From Candidatus Aerophobetes bacterium Ae_b3b (lineage in GTDB: Bacteria > Aerophobota > Aerophobia > Aerophobales > AE-B3A), in assembly GCA_005223085.1 (NCBI GenBank), contig NJBP01000003.1:2406-66405 (forward strand): DNA of 64,000 bases, in the 5' to 3' direction. Positions within the stretch are counted from its first letter, which is position 1, and each line of letters opens with the position of its first letter. Both the position numbers and the translations under genes were made by a program. This document shows positions 54,675 to 64,000 of the stretch, one piece after another. The notes below the pieces were generated by a model, which made no database searches, was not told the DNA's origin, and saw only the letters and a program-made list of their open reading frames with translations.

Positions 54675-55769
54675 TCATTCCGGGAAAACGTTAAGACTTT
54701 CTCTTGTAAAGGCTAAAGTGACTCCATCACCAATTTTGATGCTTCTAGCATTGCTTTCGTCTGTTATTCTGTCTTCGGCTACCATAGTAATATTTTCCGA
54801 TATCCGTAGGTAATACTTGACAACAGAACCAAAAAATACCGCATCTACCATTTTTCCCCTAATCTGGTTACCAAATGATTTGCCCTCTAACTCACCAGTT
54901 ATCCTGAGCTTTTCTGGTCTTATTGCCAAAGTAACTGGATCTCCCGTTTTTACATTAATGGTTCTATTCGCAAACAGCTCCAATCCATCAACGGAAATTA
55001 CCAAGCAGTCACTGTTGACCTTAACAACCGTTCCTTTTAAGAGATTGTTTTCTCCAACGAACATTGCCGAAAATTTAGAATTCGGGTGGTTATATATCCT
55101 CTTTGGGGTACCAACCTGCATTATTTCTCCCTCATTCATTAATACAATTCTGTCTGACATTACTAGAGCTTCTTCTTGATCATGTGTCACATAGATAAAA
55201 GTTATTCTGAGCTTCTCTTGAATATTTTTGAGTTCAATTTGCATCTGCTTCCTTATCTTCAAATCCAGTGCCCCGAGCGGCTCATCAAGCAATAAGACTT
55301 TTGGTTCATTTATGAGAGCCCGAGCGAGAGCCACTCTTTGACACTGCCCACCCGAAAGCTGGTTGGGTCCTCTTGTTTCAAAACCTTCCAATTGGACTAA
55401 CTGGAGCATTTTCCTGACTTTCCTTGCCACTTCTTCCTTAGGTTTTTTCTTTAGAAATTGACTGAATGCAATATTTTCGAAAACACTCATATGTGGAAAA
55501 AGAGCATAACTTTGAAAAACCATATTCATTGTCCTTCTATAAGGCGGAAGATCAATAATACTCTCGCCATTCATTAAAACATCACCTGAATCAAGTGTTT
55601 CAAAACCGGCAATAATTCGCAGTAGAGTAGTTTTTCCACATCCACTTGGGCCGAGTAAACAAACAAATTCCCCATCTTTTACTTGAAGACTAAAATTTTT
55701 CACAGCCACCACTTGCCCAAAACTCCGAGAAGCACCTTTGATTACTAATAGTGTATTTTCGTATGACAT
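54675..55769 (-). CDS. Pot-type ABC ATPase (PotA-like)
   Basis: GPSGCGKTT, LSGGQCQRVALARA and LLDEPLGALD, with a C-terminal TOBE-like region. Confidence 0.85.
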   Translation of the reverse strand: MSYENTLLVIKGASRSFGQVVAVKNFSLQVKDGEFVCLLGPSGCGKTTLLRIIAGFETLDSGDVLMNGESIIDLPPYRRTMNMVFQSYALFPHMSVFENIAFSQFLKKKPKEEVARKVRKMLQLVQLEGFETRGPNQLSGGQCQRVALARALINEPKVLLLDEPLGALDLKIRKQMQIELKNIQEKLRITFIYVTHDQEEALVMSDRIVLMNEGEIMQVGTPKRIYNHPNSKFSAMFVGENNLLKGTVVKVNSDCLVISVDGLELFANRTINVKTGDPVTLAIRPEKLRITGELEGKSFGNQIRGKMVDAVFFGSVVKYYLRISENITMVAEDRITDESNARSIKIGDGVTLAFTRESLNVFPE

Positions 55770-55818
55770 TAGCCCCTCTTCGAATCAAAGATAGAAGGAT
55801 TGGTCATCATTAGGATTA

Positions 55819-55847
55819 ATTCTAAACAAATTTTTTTCCCTTGTCAA
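55819..55847 (-). promoter_or_regulatory. Near-consensus promoter (TTGACA-17-TAGAAT) upstream of the second Pot-type operon
   Basis: Reverse complement of 55842-55847 is TTGACA, and of 55819-55824 is TAGAAT. The spacer is 17 nt. It lies about 50 nt upstream of the potA-like ATG. Confidence 0.5.
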
Positions 55848-56042
55848 GAAACGCGCTTTTTGAGAAAATTGCATCTTTTACCTTCCCAGAGAGGAAAAGG
55901 CCTTTTGAGTTTCTCTCGATGAAATTCAAACAAGGATATGCCATTTTCTTCGTTCCTCGGTGTAAAAGAGCTTTAGTTTACATAATCCGGGTTTAAATCT
56001 ATCTATTCCTACTATCCACGAATGTTGGGGGAGCATTCTCGA

Positions 56043-56822
56043 TTATTCTATTCTTCGATACTGCTGTATTGATAAACCTCCATCGATAATAATTGTATGT
56101 CCTTGAATATATTTAGAATCATCAGAAGCCAGGAAAACAGCGGCTCCCACACAATCCTCCACCGTACCGAGTCTGCCGAGGGGAGTCTTTGAAAGTACCG
56201 CCTCGTTAAATTGAGGGTCCTCCATAAATCCCTCCGGCACTATATCTGTTCCCGTAATAACTCCTGGAGCAAGTCCGTTAACATTAATATTGTAAGGCCC
56301 CAATTCCACCGCCATGGATGCAGTAAGCATATCAAGACCACCTTTAGAGACATTATAGTGGGCTCTACCAGGTTCTACCTGAAATCCGTTAACCGAGGAT
56401 ACATTTATGATCTTACCGGAGATTTTATTTTCCACCATTTTCCTGGCAACCGCTTGACTACATAAAAAAGCTCCTTTTAGATTAACAGCCAAGACTCTAT
56501 CCCAGGTTTTCTCGCTCACTTTTAGAAAAGGCACCTCGGGACTTATACCGGCGTTATTCACTAAAATATCGATTTTCCCTAGCATAGCCCATGCTCCATC
56601 AATTAACCCGGTTACGTCATCAATTTTGGCTACGTCGGCTTGAATAGCTATTGCTCTTCTCCCCAAATTTTTGACAATGTTAACCGTTTCTTCCGCTAAA
56701 TTCTTTCTAGAGTGATAATTAACCACTACATTGGCACCTTCTTTAGCAAAACCTATTGCAATTCCTTTTCCTATTCCACTCGAACTCCCAGTTACTAAAG
56801 CAACTTTATTTTCCAATTTCAT
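56043..56822 (-). CDS. Short-chain dehydrogenase/reductase (glucose-1-dehydrogenase / 3-oxoacyl-ACP reductase-like)
   Basis: TGSSSGIGKG, NNAG and YNVSK. The start at 56822 follows a GGGGAGG RBS; the ORF-track start at 56876 adds 18 unsupported codons. Confidence 0.85.
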   Translation of the reverse strand: MKLENKVALVTGSSSGIGKGIAIGFAKEGANVVVNYHSRKNLAEETVNIVKNLGRRAIAIQADVAKIDDVTGLIDGAWAMLGKIDILVNNAGISPEVPFLKVSEKTWDRVLAVNLKGAFLCSQAVARKMVENKISGKIINVSSVNGFQVEPGRAHYNVSKGGLDMLTASMAVELGPYNINVNGLAPGVITGTDIVPEGFMEDPQFNEAVLSKTPLGRLGTVEDCVGAAVFLASDDSKYIQGHTIIIDGGLSIQQYRRIE

Positions 56823-57073
56823 AATTACCTCCCCTACTATAATCTTCACCGGACCGTGGGTGCAGATTTCCCACATGAAAGCTCTTCATCGATATTTCCC
56901 TGTCTCAAGGCTAGGCATAGGCTAAGTAATAGATCTTTGGCTAACAAAAGCGACTATACGTGGTATTATGAAAAGACTCGCCTCTCTTCTTCGCACCAGC
57001 CTTTTCTCTACAGCAAAAAAAAGACAAGAGAGAAGAGAGGCCCCGAGAGCAAGGAGTGACAGTGACTACATTG

Positions 57074-57946
57074 CTACTTTACAGTACCCATAGTTAGTCC
57101 TCGAACAAAGTATTTCCTGGCCAAAATGCCTAGGGCAAAGAGAGGCAACATAGAAATTGTTGAAATAGCTCCTACTTCACCCCACATAATCATTTGCTGG
57201 CCAAACAAAGATGGTAAGAAAACAGAAAGAGGAATTACTCGTCGCCTAGCAAGAATGAGCGCATAAGGGTACTCCTGCCAGCTAAAGATAAAACAAAACA
57301 TCGCGGTTACAATCAACCCTGGCGCGGCTAATGGTAAGACGACTCTCCAAAAAACTCCTACCTCAGAACATCCGTCAATTCTGGCACTTTCTTGCGCCTC
57401 TTGGGGAATTTCCCGAAAGAATCCCCTCATCATCCATACGGTAAAAGGTAGATTAAAAACAAGGTGCATTAAGATTATAGCAAGATACGTATCAATTATA
57501 CGGAGTTCTTTAAAGAAAAGAAATACTGGAAAAACCACAGCAATAGGTGGGAGAACTCGTAAGGTTAGAAGTCCAAAAGGAAAGCTTTTGCCCCCGGTTT
57601 TCCAGCGCGTGATGCTGTAGGCCGCCAAGGAACCTATTACGACAACACAAGCGGTACTCAAGCCAGCAATTATTAAACTATCCTTAAAGGACTTATATCC
57701 GTTCAATTCTTGAACCCCTATGTAGTGAGCAAAGGTTAGCTCTTTGGGTAACCAGATTGGCGGACTGTGCAGAATGTCAGAAGGAAACTTAACCGAAGTT
57801 AATACAGTCCATACTATAGGGAAGAGAGCAAATGCTACTGCTAGGCCGACGATGACGTAGCGAGCTATCTTCACCGCCTTCAAGTTTTTCCGTTTCTGAA
57901 TACGTTTTGGCTCTTTATTAGTGTATATATGTCTTTTATCACCCAT
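57074..57946 (-). CDS. Carbohydrate (CUT1) ABC permease, MalG-like
   Basis: EAA loop EAQESARIDGCSEVGVFWRVVLPLA. Confidence 0.8.
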   Translation of the reverse strand: MGDKRHIYTNKEPKRIQKRKNLKAVKIARYVIVGLAVAFALFPIVWTVLTSVKFPSDILHSPPIWLPKELTFAHYIGVQELNGYKSFKDSLIIAGLSTACVVVIGSLAAYSITRWKTGGKSFPFGLLTLRVLPPIAVVFPVFLFFKELRIIDTYLAIILMHLVFNLPFTVWMMRGFFREIPQEAQESARIDGCSEVGVFWRVVLPLAAPGLIVTAMFCFIFSWQEYPYALILARRRVIPLSVFLPSLFGQQMIMWGEVGAISTISMLPLFALGILARKYFVRGLTMGTVK

Positions 57947-57948
57947 AC

Positions 57949-58830
57949 CTATCCCCCTCGTTCTATTCTTAACAGTCTAACTGCAACAACAAGGAAACAA
58001 CCGACCGCAACTAGAAGTACAATGTTAGCAGCAGATGCGTACCCCATACGAAAGTACTGAAATCCTATGCGATACAGGTACAAAGAGATTGTTTCAGTAG
58101 AGGTTCCTGGTGCTCCTTGAGTAAGAGCAACGATTATGTCAAAGATTTTGAAAGACTCCAAACCTCGAAAGAGCAGCGCCACCCCGATTACGGGGCGCAT
58201 TAAGGGGAGAGTGATGCTTCTGAATCGAGCCCAAGGAGAAGCTCCGTCTATCGCTGCTGCCTCGTATATTTCAGGAGAAAGAGATGTTAGTCCAGCGAGC
58301 AATATCAGGAAAATAAAAGGGGTCCACTCCCACAAATCCGTAACGATAATACTTATGAAGGCAGTTGGAGTTTTTGCTAACCAGAGAATATTAATTTCTT
58401 TTCCTAGAAGCCCAGTGAGAATATGATTAATAGGCCCGTATTGGTCGTTCCATAACAACTTCCAGGTATATCCGACTACTATGGGAAGCATCATCACTGG
58501 TAATACTACCATTACGAGCGCAGCGTTTCTCCCTTTAAACTCTTCCACGAATATGAGAGCAAGTGCAAGTCCCAGCATAAACTCCAGACCCAGTGCTGCA
58601 GACAAGATAATAACTGTTGTCCCGAGAGCACTAAAATATCTTCCGTCTTGAAACACATTCAGGTAGTTCTGGATTCCTATGAAAGGTCTTCCCATAATCT
58701 GATAATCCCATTGAAAGAAACTGAGTACAAAGGCATAGATAAAGGGAAAAATAGTTACAAAGGACAGTATACCCATGGTGGGGAGCACAAAAAGCAACGG
58801 CAACGTCTTTTTACTCTTAAGTCGTATCAT
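57949..58830 (-). CDS. Carbohydrate (CUT1) ABC permease, MalF-like
   Basis: EAA loop YEAAAIDGASPWARFRSITLPLM. Confidence 0.8.
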   Translation of the reverse strand: MIRLKSKKTLPLLFVLPTMGILSFVTIFPFIYAFVLSFFQWDYQIMGRPFIGIQNYLNVFQDGRYFSALGTTVIILSAALGLEFMLGLALALIFVEEFKGRNAALVMVVLPVMMLPIVVGYTWKLLWNDQYGPINHILTGLLGKEINILWLAKTPTAFISIIVTDLWEWTPFIFLILLAGLTSLSPEIYEAAAIDGASPWARFRSITLPLMRPVIGVALLFRGLESFKIFDIIVALTQGAPGTSTETISLYLYRIGFQYFRMGYASAANIVLLVAVGCFLVVAVRLLRIERGG

Positions 58831-58876
58831 CTTCTTTTTCCCATAGTCTTAGTGGACAAAAAAAGTTTTGGAGTAT

Positions 58877-58902
58877 CCCGGTCCTCCTGTGAGAGGACCG
58901 GG
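58877..58902 (-). terminator. 10-bp GC-rich hairpin (CCCGGTCCTC/GAGGACCGGG) after the sugar SBP gene; candidate attenuator
   Basis: Read directly. On the - strand a T-run (cttttttt) begins about 13 nt after the stem. Confidence 0.4.
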
Positions 58903-58922
58903 ATTGACGTCCGATCCTGCTA

Positions 58923-60359
58923 CTACGGACTCTGCCCTACAGATCTTAGCCATTCAATGTAGAACTTCCTCTGAGTCTCTCTACCCAATCGGTTGGTGAT
59001 TTTCTCCCACTTGTCAGCCGCTTCGTCTAAAGCTGCCTGGACATCTTTTCCGCCATATGCGGCAGTCATAGCCTCCTCCAGAGCACGGAAGTATTCGAAC
59101 GCTGCGGGAATAGCCAACTCCCATACGCCGTGCATAGCGGATTCTTTTAAAGTATCCAGGTATTCACCAGCATTTCCCCAGGCATTTCGATAAAGGGGAG
59201 CTTCAAAATGGGATATTCTCCAGGGATCACAAAGCGCAAAGGGAAGCATAACTGTCTGAAGACTGATTTCAGGACTGCTCGCCCATTGCGCAAAGAGATA
59301 GGCTGCTTCCTTGTTCTTGCTCCCCGAATTCACACCCAGGGAGAAACAACCAGCATGAGTTGATCTTCCCAGGGGCATAGGTCCGTAACCAACGTTTCCG
59401 GCAATTTCTGTCTTGGGAACCCATGCGAGCTGCTTGGTGTAGGTCCCATAGCCCTCTGACCATCGGCCAATTGGAGGCCAGGTAATTATCATGGCCACTT
59501 TCCCAGACAACCAAGCACTTAGAACATCCATGAAATCCCATGTCTCTATGCCTGGAGGCATAACTTTGTTTTGCTCTACCATTTCCGTTAGAGTTCTTAC
59601 TCCGATAGCGTTGTTGATCTCAGGTTCCATCGTTTCGGGATTGAAGTATCTTCCTCCGTAAGCCACAAAAGGAGCCTCAAACCAGGTATAAGTCTGCATT
59701 GCTCTTTGTATCGCCGCACCATAAATGTCTGGAGCATACTTCGCGGTGAAAAATGTAGCTATCTCCTGAAATTCCCTCCAAGTTTGTGGGCATCGCAGCT
59801 CATACCCATATTGGGACTCAAATTCCGCCTTATTCTGGGAATCCTCAAACAGATCTTTTCTATAAAAGAGAGTGAGTATATCTAGGTCGATGGGCAAACC
59901 GTAGAACGTACCCCCCCACATCATCAGGTTTTTGCGGACAATAGGCGGAATGTCTTCAAGATCTTCCTTGTTCATGTACTTCTCAACGTAACGGTCTAAG
60001 GGTTCCATCAAGCCAGCAGCTATGAAGTCAGGTACCCACAAAGGGGAGTATTGGACAATATCGTACGCTCCTGTTGCCGCCAGGTGTTCCGCAATCTGCT
60101 TGTCATGAAGAGCGTAGTAGTCCATACCCACTACCTCTACCTTCATGCCGGTTGCCTTCTCCCACTGAGGAGCCAAAGCAAGAGGACCTTGCATGAACAG
60201 TCCTGATTCAGTGGGAAAAACAATAGTTTTGCCAGCATATTTTTTCCCTTCTTCTATAGCCACCTTCATAGAGCTACGCTGAGCAAAAGCTGCTCCTGCA
60301 CCCAACACAAGAACAATACAGACAAAAACCACCCACGCATTTTTCTTGTTCAATTTCAT
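58923..60359 (-). CDS. Carbohydrate ABC substrate-binding protein (family 1)
   Basis: Signal peptide (..GAGAAFA) and 478 aa. First gene of the CUT1-type operon. Confidence 0.75.
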   Translation of the reverse strand: MKLNKKNAWVVFVCIVLVLGAGAAFAQRSSMKVAIEEGKKYAGKTIVFPTESGLFMQGPLALAPQWEKATGMKVEVVGMDYYALHDKQIAEHLAATGAYDIVQYSPLWVPDFIAAGLMEPLDRYVEKYMNKEDLEDIPPIVRKNLMMWGGTFYGLPIDLDILTLFYRKDLFEDSQNKAEFESQYGYELRCPQTWREFQEIATFFTAKYAPDIYGAAIQRAMQTYTWFEAPFVAYGGRYFNPETMEPEINNAIGVRTLTEMVEQNKVMPPGIETWDFMDVLSAWLSGKVAMIITWPPIGRWSEGYGTYTKQLAWVPKTEIAGNVGYGPMPLGRSTHAGCFSLGVNSGSKNKEAAYLFAQWASSPEISLQTVMLPFALCDPWRISHFEAPLYRNAWGNAGEYLDTLKESAMHGVWELAIPAAFEYFRALEEAMTAAYGGKDVQAALDEAADKWEKITNRLGRETQRKFYIEWLRSVGQSP

Positions 60360-60676
60360 TAGCTTTCCTCCTTCTTACGTAATATCCCTTTGTGTTCTAA
60401 AACAACCATCGTCAACCTCTTACTGTGCCATTCTGAGCATGATATGAGTGGATAAGCCATGCTATCTTTGACGATCTTGACCGTATCTATACTTTTTCCC
60501 TGTCACGACATACCTCCGTCAGGGTAAGGTGCGATCTCTCACCTCCTTCTATGCGGACTTTATACCTAGGGTCTTGTGCTTGTTAAGCAGTATCACCCCC
60601 TCTCGCTTCGATTTTTGACCCATCCTTTCACTTTAGAGAAGATTATTGGAGTCTGTTTTAATAAGAGGCTCATTCA

Positions 60677-61438
60677 TTATTCATTTTTATTTAGATTTGT
60701 TTTCAGTCTGAAGACAGATTTGGCTGTTTTACCTAGTGCCCAATCAATTTCCTCATTTGTTAATCCAATGCTTCTGTATTTTATTAACTCTACTGCTGCG
60801 TTATCGGCATGATCCGAACCAAACATTATTCTGTCTTTGCCAATACATTTTATCCATTCTTTAATAAGAAAACCAGCTGTCCAACTACACTCAAGAAATA
60901 CATTCACGTGTTTCTTGGTAAGATAAGCTGCTTCTGAGGCAAAAACCATCATACCTGCATGCGCAACAATAATTTTCACCGTCGAATATTCCTCGGCGAT
61001 CGGATGCAATAAAGAGGGTTCTGACCATGGAATTCCCGATCCGGTATGGACCATTACTGGAATTTTCAGTTTGTTTGCCAGAGCAAATACCTTTCGTCCA
61101 TCATGACCAAGCGGATTAACCGCATGAGCAAATGGTTGAAGTTTTACTCCCACAAACTTTAATTTGCTTATACAACGCCGAAGTTCCACCTCGTAGATAT
61201 TTTCAGGTAAATGAGGATTGGGATTGGCCATACCGTAGAAACGACCTGGATATCGCTTGCAAAGCTCGAATATCCTGTCGTGCTGTTTTTTGACATCCTC
61301 AATGGAATTGACGGTGGCAGGCTGGACAATTGTTATGTTGATCCCGTTTCGCTTCTGAGCCTCGATAAGTTCTTCTTCACCGAACTCCTCGTCAAAAACC
61401 TTATCTTTACCTAGATGAGCATGTGTATCAATTATCAT
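60677..61438 (-). CDS. Amidohydrolase-2 / TatD-like metal-dependent hydrolase (possible sugar lactonase)
   Basis: MIIDTHAHL, MVHTGSG, VAHAG and FGSDH are metal-ligand motifs. 253 aa. Confidence 0.65.
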   Translation of the reverse strand: MIIDTHAHLGKDKVFDEEFGEEELIEAQKRNGINITIVQPATVNSIEDVKKQHDRIFELCKRYPGRFYGMANPNPHLPENIYEVELRRCISKLKFVGVKLQPFAHAVNPLGHDGRKVFALANKLKIPVMVHTGSGIPWSEPSLLHPIAEEYSTVKIIVAHAGMMVFASEAAYLTKKHVNVFLECSWTAGFLIKEWIKCIGKDRIMFGSDHADNAAVELIKYRSIGLTNEEIDWALGKTAKSVFRLKTNLNKNE

Positions 61439-62288
61439 CTTTTTTCAGCTTTTCTGGATGTAACATAAGATTTATTGTTTTTCGGATCATTTCTGGTTCA
61501 AACAATACCTTCTTCCAATCGGGTTTAAAAAACCATTCTTTCCCTAATTTGATAGCAACCTTGCATGCATCAGAGAAAAGAGCGTCGGTGGTTCCAAAAA
61601 CAATACCTAATTCAATGCAAGCATGACCCAGCATAAATGATTCGGCAGCTTCTTTTGGCACGCCATGATCGTTGACAGCAATGTCAACTGCTTCCTTTAA
61701 AACAGATGCGAGTGCAGCCCCGAGAACTTCTGCTACCATCGGTTCCAGTATAGCCATCTGTTCAAGGGTGACTCTGTGACATTTATCAACAGGACCCCAC
61801 ATCTCACAGCAGAGCTCCTTTGCCTTAGTGAAGTTCTCCTCCGAACCCTGTATTAAGCCGACTATGATGTCTTGGACTGCTCTACCGCCCCACCAGTCTT
61901 TTCTCGTTACAGGAGTCTCCTGCTCCTTAAAGGGGGAGACGTGACACGGGTGAGCTGCCACATAGGTCACATCATCCCTCATGGGAATCCCCCCGACATA
62001 GGGAACAGCTGCATCAAGGAGAACCACGGTAGCATCGCTTTTAAGCATGGGAGTTATATTTTTAGCGATGCTACTCATCAAAATGTCGGGAACAGCCATA
62101 ATAACAATATCGGTAACAGGTACAGCTTCCTCAGCGGGCGTAGCTTTCAAACCCTTCTCTTGAAGTTTTTTCAGACCATCACCTTCTTCACAGAGTAAAA
62201 GCCTATAGTTTTCTTTCATAAGCTTATCTCTACATCGACTACCCATTTTTCCACCAGCTCCAAGTAATGCTACTGTTTGTGTCATCAT
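61428..62288 (-). CDS. NAD(P)-binding Rossmann-fold oxidoreductase (6-phosphogluconate / prephenate dehydrogenase-like N-domain), specific function unknown
   Basis: N-terminal VALLGAGGKMG dinucleotide-binding motif. 286 aa. It overlaps the downstream hydrolase start by 11 nt. Confidence 0.5.
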   Translation of the reverse strand: MMTQTVALLGAGGKMGSRCRDKLMKENYRLLLCEEGDGLKKLQEKGLKATPAEEAVPVTDIVIMAVPDILMSSIAKNITPMLKSDATVVLLDAAVPYVGGIPMRDDVTYVAAHPCHVSPFKEQETPVTRKDWWGGRAVQDIIVGLIQGSEENFTKAKELCCEMWGPVDKCHRVTLEQMAILEPMVAEVLGAALASVLKEAVDIAVNDHGVPKEAAESFMLGHACIELGIVFGTTDALFSDACKVAIKLGKEWFFKPDWKKVLFEPEMIRKTINLMLHPEKLKKDDN

Positions 62289-62448
62289 GACTCCTCTTTT
62301 TTTAAACCGAATTAAATCACGTCAAACCTAACCGAAAAGGGACTACTTGAATCGTTTCCAATGACACTTTTGGCACAATTTGGCACCAGACTCTGACCTT
62401 GAGACCACCAAATGATGTACTTTTCCAGCACGTTCCTAGATATTTCTA

Positions 62449-63972
62449 TTACAGTGAAGAAAGTTCAGCAAACTTATCTTTTAAAAGGGGATACAAAGAA
62501 CGATATAATAAATAATAGTCTTCATATCTTTTTACGTTATCCTTAATAGGATAGGTCTCTTCTATGACTCTAATCAGTCGATTACAAACCTCATTAACGC
62601 TATTATACAAACCCGACCCTACACTAGCCAGTATTGCTGCACCATAAGCTGCACCCTCCAAGGAATTCACCGTTATAACTTTTGAATTAGTTACATCAGC
62701 CAGTATTTGCTTCCACAGCTTGGCGCGCGCACCCCCTCCGGTAGCCCGAATCTCGCTAATTGGTATATGGAGTTCCTTCATAACTTCTATAGAATCCCTT
62801 AATCCGAAAACAACCCCTTCCAAAATAGATCTTATCATGTGAGCTTTATGGTGACGCATATCCAATCCAAAGAAAATCCCTCTCGCTTTTGCATCGGAAT
62901 GGGGGTGTCTTTCTCCACTCAAATAAGGCAAAAATATGAGATTTTCGCTTCCCGCAGGTACTCTTTCTGCCTGTTCCACGATGAGTTGGTAAACATCTTG
63001 CCGTTTATTTTCAGCCTCTTTTATTTCGGCATCACACAGAGTATCGCGAAACCATCTTAACGATCCACCTGCCGATTGCATAACTCCCATTGTATGCCAG
63101 GTATCCGGAATGGCAAAGCAAAAACTATCTAATCGACCTCGATCGTCGTGTCGAATAAGACTGGTAGGAGCAAAGACAACTCCCGAGGTACCCATGGTAC
63201 AGGCCAAAACCCCTTCCTTAATGACTCCGGTGCCTATGGCTTGAGCTGATTGATCACCGGCTCCGGCAACCACTGGTGTGCCATAATTAAGTCCCGTTAA
63301 TTCACTGGCTTTTTTGGTAATTGCGCCAGAGATCTCTATTGATTCTCGGCAATCCGGTAATATGTCTTTGTCTAAATCAAGTTTGTCCACTATTTGGGAA
63401 GACCACCTTCTCTCAGGGACATCCAGCAGGAGAGTTCCGGAAGCATCAGTTACATCAGTAACCAAATTACCCGTAAGTTTCAAACGAACATAATCTTTAG
63501 GAAGTAAAAAATGAGATAACTTCTCATAGACTTGTGGTTCATTCTCTTTTACCCAGAGTATCTTGCATACAGTAAAATAATAAGAAGCCGGATTACCGGT
63601 AATCCTCAACAGCTCTTCCTTGCTTATTCTTTTACTTATATATTCAACCTGTTCAGTGGTTCGTTGGTCACACCAAAGAATACAAGGTCGAAGAACGTGG
63701 TGGGCTTTGTCAAGCAGGACAGCTCCATGGTATTGGCCGGATAATCCTATACCAGCAATCTCACGAGTCTTGACAGAAGCATCACCCATGACTTTAGCTA
63801 TTCCTTTCATAGTAGCCTTCCACCAATCTTCTGGGTCTTGTTCTACCCAGTCTACTTGAGGAGTTGACAAAGGGTAATCTTCGAAGGCGCTCGCTGTAAC
63901 CTTGCCTGCTTCTGTTACTAAAACAACCTTGGTTCCCGTAGTCCCTACATCAATGCCCAGTAAATACTTCAT
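62449..63972 (-). CDS. FGGY-family carbohydrate kinase (xylulokinase-like)
   Basis: LGIDVGTTGTK, GAGDQSAQAIG and ATGGGARAKLWKQILADV. The start at ATG 63972 follows an AAGGAG RBS; the GTG at 63990 is unlikely. Confidence 0.8.
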   Translation of the reverse strand: MKYLLGIDVGTTGTKVVLVTEAGKVTASAFEDYPLSTPQVDWVEQDPEDWWKATMKGIAKVMGDASVKTREIAGIGLSGQYHGAVLLDKAHHVLRPCILWCDQRTTEQVEYISKRISKEELLRITGNPASYYFTVCKILWVKENEPQVYEKLSHFLLPKDYVRLKLTGNLVTDVTDASGTLLLDVPERRWSSQIVDKLDLDKDILPDCRESIEISGAITKKASELTGLNYGTPVVAGAGDQSAQAIGTGVIKEGVLACTMGTSGVVFAPTSLIRHDDRGRLDSFCFAIPDTWHTMGVMQSAGGSLRWFRDTLCDAEIKEAENKRQDVYQLIVEQAERVPAGSENLIFLPYLSGERHPHSDAKARGIFFGLDMRHHKAHMIRSILEGVVFGLRDSIEVMKELHIPISEIRATGGGARAKLWKQILADVTNSKVITVNSLEGAAYGAAILASVGSGLYNSVNEVCNRLIRVIEETYPIKDNVKRYEDYYLLYRSLYPLLKDKFAELSSL

Positions 63973-64000
63973 TATTATACTCCTTGCCACAAAAAAGACC

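Noticed and set aside
56980-57041. 11-bp inverted repeat (GCCTCTCTTCT ... AGAAGAGAGGC) between the sugar permease and SDR genes, considered as a terminator
   Set aside because: The loop is about 40 nt, the arms are low-complexity CT/GA, and there is no clear U-tract directly after the 3' arm. It is possibly structural but not convincing.
1-64000. Search by eye for CRISPR arrays, tRNA/rRNA genes, integrases, transposases, toxin-antitoxin pairs or known defence systems
   Set aside because: I found no regularly spaced direct repeats and no tRNA-like T-arm (GGTTCGAATCC-type) sequences. No ORF shows integrase, transposase or defence-domain hallmarks. The absence is by inspection only and should be confirmed with tRNAscan, Infernal and HMM tools.

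Overview
This 64-kb bacterial window splits into two contrasting parts.

**Part A (nt 1-16158, all genes on +)** is a compact core block. In order it carries:
- the 3' part of a [NiFe]-hydrogenase large subunit
- metV-metF (acetogen-type methylene-THF reductase)
- a hydrogenase maturation protease
- lpdA and tsaD
- a 443-bp AT-rich gap with tandem DnaA boxes
- a PHP phosphoesterase
- an S41 C-terminal processing protease
- a YibQ-like deacetylase
- accA, gyrB, gyrA and fabD

**Part B (nt 16.2-64 kb, essentially all genes on -)** is an accessory uptake and catabolism region. It holds six ABC importers: two Dpp/Opp-type, two Pot-type, one Liv-type and one sugar CUT1-type. Interleaved with them are:
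- kbl and a tdh-like gene
- a short ThrC-like PLP enzyme
- the DppA D-aminopeptidase
- two Asp/Glu/hydantoin racemases
- two paralogous M29/NicX-like proteins
- DUF917
- an M20 peptidase
- a 404-aa nitroreductase-fold protein
- a sugar module (SDR, amidohydrolase, NAD-binding protein, FGGY kinase)

I found no rRNA, tRNA, CRISPR array, integrase, transposase or recognisable defence gene.

**Recombination scars.** The most unusual signal is a set of recombination scars rather than a gene.
- Diverged but still in-frame fragments of the neighbouring core genes reappear 11-35 kb downstream, at module boundaries: gyrA (197 nt), kbl (267 nt) and fabD (403 nt).
- The fragments are collinear with the parent locus.
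- Each lies next to a repeated unit of about 145 bp. That unit carries a near-consensus promoter plus a lipoate-protein-ligase pseudogene.
- This points to two nested events of the same kind. The likely mechanism is circularisation or tandem duplication followed by homologous re-entry, or homology-facilitated illegitimate recombination.
- Together the two events stacked about 35 kb of cargo behind fabD.
- A similar but older scar sits in front of the protease gene. It is a relic hydrogenase C-terminus, still ATGA-coupled to the protease. It shows that metVF entered, or replaced part of, a hydrogenase operon.

**Secondary observations.**
- a hydrogenase-MetVF-LpdA linkage
- a visibly GC-richer block at 28.0-40.4 kb
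- a 256-bp element bounded by perfect 14-bp inverted repeats
- chained ATGA mini-ORFs
- recurrent purine-rich leader motifs
- a nested-palindrome REP-like element

All identity values and GC values are hand counts and need recomputation.
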